Shown here: positions 17,361-22,851 of the stretch, piece after piece
Layout of the letters: every line of letters starts with the position of its first letter
Position numbering within the stretch: the first letter of the stretch is position 1
NCBI GenBank assembly: GCA_045617125.1
Contig: JAZLIA010000081.1
Span: 1 to 24,036 of the forward strand
Length of the DNA stretch: 24,036 nt
Origin: Clostridia bacterium
GTDB taxonomy: Bacteria > Bacillota > Clostridia > Christensenellales > Aristaeellaceae
Reading direction: 5' to 3'
Translations under genes and position numbers: made by a program
Notes under the pieces: generated by a model
Told to the model about the DNA's origin: nothing
Databases searched by the model: none
What the model saw: the letters and a program-made list of their open reading frames with translations, nothing else

Positions 17361-18291
17361 TCTGCTTCACCTCCCCGAATATTCTGCGTTTGGTAACGCG
17401 GTCGATCAAAGGAGTAAGGATGTTCATCATCATAATGGCAAAGGTGACTCCTTCCGGATAACCTCCGAAACGGCGGATCAAAACCACGATCACACCGCAA
17501 CCAAATGCAAAAATGCATTTTCCGGCAGTCAGCATGGGGTTTGTTACATAATCAGTCGCCATATAGACCGCTCCGAAAAGGACACCGCCTGAAAGCATCG
17601 CATTCAGCGCTTCCTGAATATTGCCGGAGAAAATCAGGGTCATCACTCCCACCGTGAGGGTAAAGATCACAGGAACATGCCATCTTACCACTCCGGTGAT
17701 AAGCAGGATCGCAAGTCCCAACAGGATCGCGAACTTGCAGGTTTCACCAATAGAACCGGGAATATTGCCAAGGAAAAGATCCAGCGTGGAAAACACGCTG
17801 GGAGCACGCAAAGGAGTTGCGCCGGTAAACGCATCGGTAAAGGGGGTAAAGAAGGTTCTTTCCGGCTGGGCGTAGGTGCTCATGTAAGCTGGCCAGCTCA
17901 CAAGCAGCACAGCACGGGCTGTAATGGCGGGGTTCAGGAAGTTGCATCCAATGCCGCCAAAGAGCTGCTTTACCAGAATGACCGCAAACACGCCTCCCAC
18001 AACAGGCATCCACCAGGGCGCGCCCGAAGGCAGGTTGAGGGCAAGGATCACTCCGGTCACCGCAGCAGACAGATCACCGATGCGAACAGGTTTATGGCAG
18101 AGCCTCTGCCATACATATTCGCTGAGCACACAGGTCGCCACTGAGATCACCAGCAGCAGCGCGGCATTGAAACCGTAAAGATAAATTCCTGCAGCTGCCG
18201 GCGGCACCAGGGAAATCAGCACGGTACGCATCAGATCCTGTGTGTCATGGGTAGTATGGATATGCGGTCCGGATGACAGTCTCAGATTCAT
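17353..18291 (-). CDS. rnfD: Rnf complex subunit D
   Basis: 312 aa, polytopic. It has SSGPHIH at the N-terminus and the TGATPL flavinylation motif. It starts 4 nt after the rnfC stop, with AAGGGGG upstream. Confidence 0.9.
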   Translation of the reverse strand: MNLRLSSGPHIHTTHDTQDLMRTVLISLVPPAAAGIYLYGFNAALLLVISVATCVLSEYVWQRLCHKPVRIGDLSAAVTGVILALNLPSGAPWWMPVVGGVFAVILVKQLFGGIGCNFLNPAITARAVLLVSWPAYMSTYAQPERTFFTPFTDAFTGATPLRAPSVFSTLDLFLGNIPGSIGETCKFAILLGLAILLITGVVRWHVPVIFTLTVGVMTLIFSGNIQEALNAMLSGGVLFGAVYMATDYVTNPMLTAGKCIFAFGCGVIVVLIRRFGGYPEGVTFAIMMMNILTPLIDRVTKRRIFGEVKQNA

Positions 18292-18295
18292 ACGC

Positions 18296-19615
18296 TCATA
18301 TCCCCCTTATATTGATAAGCTCACGCGCGTTTTTGAAGGAAGCGACCAGCCATCTGCGCGCAGGACATACATATGCACAGCTGCCGCACAGGATGCAGGT
18401 CATCAGGTTCTCGTCCTTTGCTCCCTTCAGGTCATTCCGGTCGCAAAGATTTTTCAGCAGATAGGGATTAAGCCCCATCGGGCACGCATCCACACATTTT
18501 CCGCAGCGGATACATGCGGTTTCTTCCAGTGACTTCGCGTTCTGATACCGGATCGCCACGATGCCGCCGCAGCCCTTGGTGGTGGCGATCATATCGTTGG
18601 GAGCACACAGTCCGGTCATGCTTCCGCCGGAAATGATCTTGCCGACATAATCATCATAGCCGCCGCAGGCGCCTACAGCATCCTGGAACACCGTGCCGAT
18701 CCTGAGGCGCAGATTGCCCGGTTCCCGGATGCAGCCGGTCACAGTAACGACGCGGTCTACAAGAGGCCTGCCGTCGATCACGGCATCCGCAATCGCTGCA
18801 GCAGTGGCCACGTTCAGCACGACTGCGCCCGCATCCATGGGCAGCTTTCCGTTTGGCACTTCCCTGCCGGTCACTGCGTAGATCAGTTGCTTTTCTCCGC
18901 CCTGCGGATACTTGGTGCGCATCACGGCTACCGACACGCCTTCACGTCCGTAAGCGGCTTCGCGGATGGATTTTACCGCATCCATCTTGTTATCCTCGAT
19001 GGCGATCACACCATTTTTTACATTCAGAGCCCGCATTACCGCACGCAGACCATCGACCACACGCATGGGTTCTTCCACCATCAAACGATGATCTGCAGTA
19101 AGGAAGGTCTCGCATTCCGCGCCGTTCAGAATGATGGTGTCAATGGTTTTTCCTTCAGGGATCGTCAGCTTTGCGTGGGTCGGGAAGCATGCGCCACCAA
19201 GACCGCAGATGCCGGCGTCCCTGATCGCCGGTATGATCAGAGCCGGATCCACCTTTTCCACATTACCAAGGCCATGCAGTTCCACCCAGGTATCATTAAA
19301 ATCATTCTGAATGCATACACAGGTGCTGGGGCCCTTCCCGGTCATCTGCCGGGGCCCCACCTCTGTTACAAGGCCGCTCACCGAAGCATGGACCGGCACA
19401 CCCCTGGGGCCATTGGCTTCGCCAATCACCTGGCCCATCAGCACCTTATCGCCCTTCTTTACGCAGGGAGTGCTGGGGGCGCCCAGATGCTGATCCATCG
19501 CGATACAAACACTATCCGACACATATTCGCGGATCGGTTCTCCACGGGTCGGAAGCTTTCCGTTCGCCGTGGTGCTCAGAGGATGAATCCCGCCTTTGAA
19601 TGTCAGTTTTTTCAT
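18296..19615 (-). CDS. rnfC: Rnf complex subunit C (NADH-binding, FMN, 2x[4Fe-4S])
   Basis: 439 aa with GLGGACFPTHAKL, CIRCGKCVDACP and CILCGSCAYVCP. AAGGAG lies 7 nt upstream of the ATG. Confidence 0.9.
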   Translation of the reverse strand: MKKLTFKGGIHPLSTTANGKLPTRGEPIREYVSDSVCIAMDQHLGAPSTPCVKKGDKVLMGQVIGEANGPRGVPVHASVSGLVTEVGPRQMTGKGPSTCVCIQNDFNDTWVELHGLGNVEKVDPALIIPAIRDAGICGLGGACFPTHAKLTIPEGKTIDTIILNGAECETFLTADHRLMVEEPMRVVDGLRAVMRALNVKNGVIAIEDNKMDAVKSIREAAYGREGVSVAVMRTKYPQGGEKQLIYAVTGREVPNGKLPMDAGAVVLNVATAAAIADAVIDGRPLVDRVVTVTGCIREPGNLRLRIGTVFQDAVGACGGYDDYVGKIISGGSMTGLCAPNDMIATTKGCGGIVAIRYQNAKSLEETACIRCGKCVDACPMGLNPYLLKNLCDRNDLKGAKDENLMTCILCGSCAYVCPARRWLVASFKNARELINIRGI

Positions 19616-19631
19616 TAGGCATCTCCTTTAT

Positions 19632-19651
19632 ATCCTGCATGCCTGCAGGAT
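19632..19651 (-). other. Perfect 8-bp stem / 4-nt loop hairpin in the spacer between the FMNAT-like gene and rnfC
   Basis: Plus strand: atcctgca-tgcc-tgcaggat. On the minus strand it ends 4 nt before the rnfC SD (AAGGAG). No U-tract follows, so it is not a canonical terminator. Its function is unknown. Confidence 0.5.
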
Positions 19652-19662
19652 CATTTAGACAG

Positions 19663-20232
19663 TTATAAATTGGGATGATCCGGGTCTGTCATATCGACAG
19701 CACGCCCAAGCATTTTTTCGGCAAGGGCTATGTTTTTTATCTGCAAGGCTTCACGGATGGCAGTGGAGGAAATCCGAACCCCATCCTCCGTACACACAGA
19801 CGGGATCAAAGATAACCCCACTCCGTGTTCCCTGCAAAGGCTTTTCAGCTCTGCCGCACCGGTATCTCCATTCAGGCCAAAGCGATGATCCTCTCCCGCA
19901 ACGATCCATCGGCAGTGAAGTTCTTTTAACAGAAAACGTTCAAAATAGTCTCTGCCGGAAAGATCCCGTATCGTTTCATCAAACGCAGAAAAGATCACCC
20001 GATCTGCTCCGTATGATAAAAGCAGCTGCTCCTTGCGTTTATTATCTGTAAGGCACATCGGTTCCTTTCCCGTCAAAACGCTCATAGGAGAGACAAGAAA
20101 GGTGTGCACGAACACGGGTAACCCGGTGTTTTCCCTGAGTTCACACGCCCTTTGGATCAATTCCCTGTGTCCCAGATGCACCCCGTCAAAGAAGCCAAGA
20201 CACAGGATGCATCCTTCAGTAAGTCCGGTCAT
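19663..20232 (-). CDS. FMN adenylyltransferase (FAD synthetase) domain protein; RibF N-terminal domain only, no riboflavin kinase domain
   Basis: MTGLTEGCILCLGFFDGVHLGHRELI... carries the GxFDGxHxGH nucleotidyltransferase motif, and ISSTAIREAL is the SST-IR motif. The protein ends about 20 aa after that motif, where the riboflavin kinase domain of a bifunctional RibF would begin. The start is taken at the ATG at 20232 (AGGAG 5 nt upstream) rather than the track start at 20250. The stop lies 47 nt before the rnfC ATG. Confidence 0.8.
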   Translation of the reverse strand: MTGLTEGCILCLGFFDGVHLGHRELIQRACELRENTGLPVFVHTFLVSPMSVLTGKEPMCLTDNKRKEQLLLSYGADRVIFSAFDETIRDLSGRDYFERFLLKELHCRWIVAGEDHRFGLNGDTGAAELKSLCREHGVGLSLIPSVCTEDGVRISSTAIREALQIKNIALAEKMLGRAVDMTDPDHPNL

Positions 20233-20351
20233 CGAATCTCCTGTCGGCATGCCGTTCTGAATTGGTAGGGCATTTATATTCTACCTGATCCAATTCTAAA
20301 CCGTTTTAAGGTACAGAATCACATCCTGCACCTTGCATACCACTTGAAAAA

Positions 20352-20380
20352 AGTATATCACATGATCCACCCTGCGTCAA
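20352..20380 (-). promoter_or_regulatory. Putative sigma-A promoter of the FMNAT-rnfCDEAB operon
   Basis: On the minus strand: TTGACG (20380-20375), a 17-nt spacer, then TATACT (20357-20352). It lies about 115 nt upstream of the ATG at 20232. Confidence 0.4.
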
Positions 20381-20606
20381 CACAGCTGCGCAGCGTGAAA
20401 ATCGCTGTAACCGGCGGGTAACCAGCCTTTGACAGCTGTATTACTGCTGCGAAATCATTATACTCCCGAACTGCTGAAATAGATATCCCCAAATTTCATT
20501 GTGCTTTACTTTTCACATCTGTCATTGCGTTTTTCATCCGGGATCAACCGTTTTGGGGATGTTTTCTAATGGATCATATTGCTTCAGTTTTTCCAGATCA
20601 GGTCCA

Positions 20607-22313
20607 TCATATCCTGATCAAAGGAAGCACACTTTTGCACATTTGTTCCATCTTCCGTTCCGCAGCCGCCTGATCCTCCGCCCTTACAGATAAATACAGC
20701 TTCAGCTTCGGTTCTGTTCCGCTGGGACGCACAACCAGCGTCATCTCTTCCCCGAAGCGAAACAGCATCACATTGGAAACGGGTAGCGTGATTTTCTCTT
20801 CCTTACCAGTCAGATGGTTTTTCCGAATCCGCAGCAGGTAATCCTCCGTAACTGTCAGGCACGTTCCGAGCAGCTCTTTAGGCGGATCTCGCCTGAGCTT
20901 TTCCATGATCCCCGCCATTTCCTTCATCCCGTTTTCTCCGGGAAAGGTCATGCTTTCAAGAGACTGCTTCCATACGCCAAAGCGCTGCTGCAATTCCCTG
21001 AGAGCATCAGCCAGGCTCTTTCCAAGTTTTTTCCATTCTGCAGCCATGCGGCAGATGAGCACCGCGGCATTCACACCATCCTTATCCCTCACATTAGTCC
21101 CGGAAAGGTAACCATAGCTTTCCTCAAAGCCAAGCAGATATCTTTCTGGATGTCCTTCTTTTTCAAGAAGACCGATCTGCTCTCCGATATATTTGAAACC
21201 GGTCAGCACATTTCGTAATTCCACGCCGTAGCTCCGTGCGATCTCCTCCGCCTGCCCCGTGGTAACGATCGTTTTCACCATCACCGGGTTTGTCGGCATC
21301 GTTCCGTCCGCCACGCGTTTGCTGCACACATAGTCCATCAGCAGAACGCCGATCTCATTGCCGGTCATCAAGCGAAGCTCTCCGTTATCCCAAACCGCTG
21401 TTCCAACACGATCACAGTCCGGATCTGTAGCAAGAAGCAGATCGGCACCCGTCACACGCATTTCCCGAATTCCCAGTTCCAGCGCTTCCCGTATTTCCGG
21501 GTTCGGATACGGGCAGGTCGGAAATGCGGGATCGGGTTCCTTCTGTTCCTCCACGATCTTGATGCTGCTAAAGCCTGCACGCTTCAATGCCTCCAGCACC
21601 GGAACCAGACCCGTTCCATTCAAAGGAGTATAAACGAGCGAAAGCTTCTCCGCATCTTCCTTCCGTCCTTCCGTCAGACAGCCGATCATATCCAGATAGC
21701 TTTCGTTGCAATCCGGGCCGATCGTCCGGATAAGACCTCTTTTTTTCAGCTCTTCCATTTCTCCGGTCTTTACCCCGTCGAAACAGTCTACCGGTCGGAT
21801 ACAGTTTTCGATTTCAACAGCAGCATCATCCGTGATCTGGCACCCGTCAGGCCCATAAACCTTATATCCATTATACACAGCCGGATTATGGCTTGCCGTG
21901 ATCACGATGCCTCCGTCCGCATGAAAATAGCGCACCGCATAGGAAAGCATCGGAGTCGGTGTTAAAACAGGGTACATATAAACCGTCACCCCATTTTCCG
22001 CAAGAATGCACGCCGCGCGTTCTGCAAACAGATCACTGTTTTTCCGGTTATCATGAGCAATTGCGACAGACGGATGTTCCGCGTGCATTTTGAGATAATC
22101 GGCATATCCCTGCGTTGCTTTTCCTACGGTGTAAATATTCATTCGGTTTGACCCTGCGCCGATCACCCCTCTGAGTCCGCCCGTCCCAAAGGAAAGTTCA
22201 CTGTAAAAACGGTCACGTATCTTTTCTTCATCACCGCAGATCTCCTCAAGCTCATGAAGCAGCTCAGCATCCTGGCATTTCTGAATCCAGCGTTCATATT
22301 CCTGCAAAATCAT
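20607..22313 (-). CDS. Phosphoglucomutase/phosphomannomutase family phospho-sugar mutase
   Basis: Contains ITASHNPAVYNGYKVY (phosphoserine loop), LATDPDCDRVG (metal loop) and GFEESYGY (sugar-binding loop). The start is set at the ATG at 22313 (MILQEYERW), which has GGAGG 5 nt upstream. The track start at 22337 is probably too long. Confidence 0.9.
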   Translation of the reverse strand: MILQEYERWIQKCQDAELLHELEEICGDEEKIRDRFYSELSFGTGGLRGVIGAGSNRMNIYTVGKATQGYADYLKMHAEHPSVAIAHDNRKNSDLFAERAACILAENGVTVYMYPVLTPTPMLSYAVRYFHADGGIVITASHNPAVYNGYKVYGPDGCQITDDAAVEIENCIRPVDCFDGVKTGEMEELKKRGLIRTIGPDCNESYLDMIGCLTEGRKEDAEKLSLVYTPLNGTGLVPVLEALKRAGFSSIKIVEEQKEPDPAFPTCPYPNPEIREALELGIREMRVTGADLLLATDPDCDRVGTAVWDNGELRLMTGNEIGVLLMDYVCSKRVADGTMPTNPVMVKTIVTTGQAEEIARSYGVELRNVLTGFKYIGEQIGLLEKEGHPERYLLGFEESYGYLSGTNVRDKDGVNAAVLICRMAAEWKKLGKSLADALRELQQRFGVWKQSLESMTFPGENGMKEMAGIMEKLRRDPPKELLGTCLTVTEDYLLRIRKNHLTGKEEKITLPVSNVMLFRFGEEMTLVVRPSGTEPKLKLYLSVRAEDQAAAERKMEQMCKSVLPLIRI

Positions 22314-22353
22314 CGTTACCTCCATATTCATATACAATTTATCTTTTCCTTAT

Positions 22354-22387
22354 CAAAAAAACATGAGCAGAAGCTTCATTCTGCCCA
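22354..22387 (-). terminator. Rho-independent terminator downstream of the HPr-like gene
   Basis: Minus strand: ATGGGCAGAA-TGAAGC-TTCTGCTCAT followed by GTTTTTTTG. That is a 10-bp stem with one G-U pair, a 6-nt loop and a 7-U tract, located about 28 nt after the stop at 22415. Confidence 0.75.
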
Positions 22388-22414
22388 TGCCATGTTATGC
22401 TTTACGATCCGGCT

Positions 22415-22675
22415 TCAGTCGTTCTTCTCATCCTTGACGATATAATTCTGAAGCTTTCCGATCAGCACCGGAATCTGTGTATCCTCCATATCTCCGGTAT
22501 CCATCATCATATTATCCTTTGAGGAATACATAATGGCAAAAATACCGAGAGTGGATTTGGGGTCAACACAGAATTTATTGCCGCCGCGAAGTAAAAGCTC
22601 GCTGGTGAAGTCCTTGCAGATCGAGCTTAACTGCTCGGCCTCTTTCATGCCGTCCACATGGATTTTGATCAACAT
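22415..22675 (-). CDS. Small HPr-like (PTS phosphocarrier fold) protein lacking the His-15 motif
   Basis: The segment KDFTSELLLRGGNKFCVDPKSTLGIFAIM aligns by eye with HPr/Crh ...[28 protein letters not shown]. There is no G-x-H-A-R-P-A motif near the N-terminus. The start is taken at the ATG at 22675 (AAGGAG 9 nt upstream), because the first ATG at 22684 abuts the SD. This is an assignment by eye only. Confidence 0.4.
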   Translation of the reverse strand: MLIKIHVDGMKEAEQLSSICKDFTSELLLRGGNKFCVDPKSTLGIFAIMYSSKDNMMMDTGDMEDTQIPVLIGKLQNYIVKDEKND

Positions 22676-22694
22676 ACGATTCATCTCCTTACTG

Positions 22695-22728
22695 TCTGAA
22701 CTGCGGTCTTTCCCGACCGCAGTTCAGA
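22695..22728. promoter_or_regulatory. Perfect 14-bp inverted repeat with 6-nt spacer (candidate operator or 5' stem-loop)
   Basis: Plus strand: tctgaactgcggtc-tttccc-gaccgcagttcaga. It lies between the predicted -10 box and the SD of the HPr-like gene. No U-tract follows on either strand. Confidence 0.6.
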
Positions 22729-22756
22729 TTCTACTGCATTTCCCTGCCGGAATCAA
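22728..22756 (-). promoter_or_regulatory. Putative sigma-A promoter of the HPr-like gene
   Basis: On the minus strand: TTGATT (22756-22751), a 17-nt spacer, then TAGAAT (22733-22728). The -10 box abuts and overlaps the inverted repeat. Confidence 0.35.
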
Positions 22757-22851
22757 TTCGCAGCAGTAACAAGCTTTCATCGTATTTTTTGTTGATAATG
22801 TACAATCTGGATTCCGTATTTGGCATTGCATATCCGGTTACTGTTATTGCA

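Noticed and set aside
19636-19650. GCATGCCTGCAGG (SphI-PstI/SbfI sites) is identical to a 13-nt stretch of the pUC18/19 polylinker, raising the possibility of vector contamination or an engineered junction.
   Set aside because: Only 13 nt match, and the flanks do not continue as polylinker (there is no AAGCTT before it and no TCGAC after it). The sequence is part of a perfect native-looking hairpin in a coherent intergenic spacer with an intact stop, SD and start on either side.
20389-20430. The plus-strand segment GCAGCGTGAAAATCGCTGTAACCGGCGGGTAACCAGCC resembles the 5' part of the FMN riboswitch (RFN: GCAGGGTGAAATTCCC-ACCGGCGGTA...AGCC). This is tempting because a flavin gene is adjacent.
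   Set aside because: It lies on the strand opposite to all genes, and there is no downstream plus-strand gene. The enclosing stems span only about 58 nt, against about 140 nt for RFN. I cannot find the conserved 3' half (GGTG-ATTCC, CCGACAGT-AGTCTGGATG-GAGA). A cmsearch with RF00050 would settle it, and I expect no significant hit.
20429-20464. A consensus TTGACA and a TATACT on the plus strand.
   Set aside because: The spacer is 24 nt, far outside the 16-18 nt range, and there is no plus-strand gene downstream.
20485-20560. A 9-bp long-range inverted repeat (atccccaaa ... tttggggat) downstream of the pgm-family gene, considered as a possible terminator.
   Set aside because: The loop is about 58 nt and no U-tract follows on the minus strand, so it is not a credible intrinsic terminator. 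I found no convincing terminator for this gene.
22313-22360. A possible promoter for the phosphoglucomutase-family gene (TTGATA ... TATATG) immediately after the terminator U-tract.
   Set aside because: The -10 candidates lack the conserved final T, and the resulting leader would be only about 10 nt. Expression more likely comes from read-through or from a promoter I cannot see.
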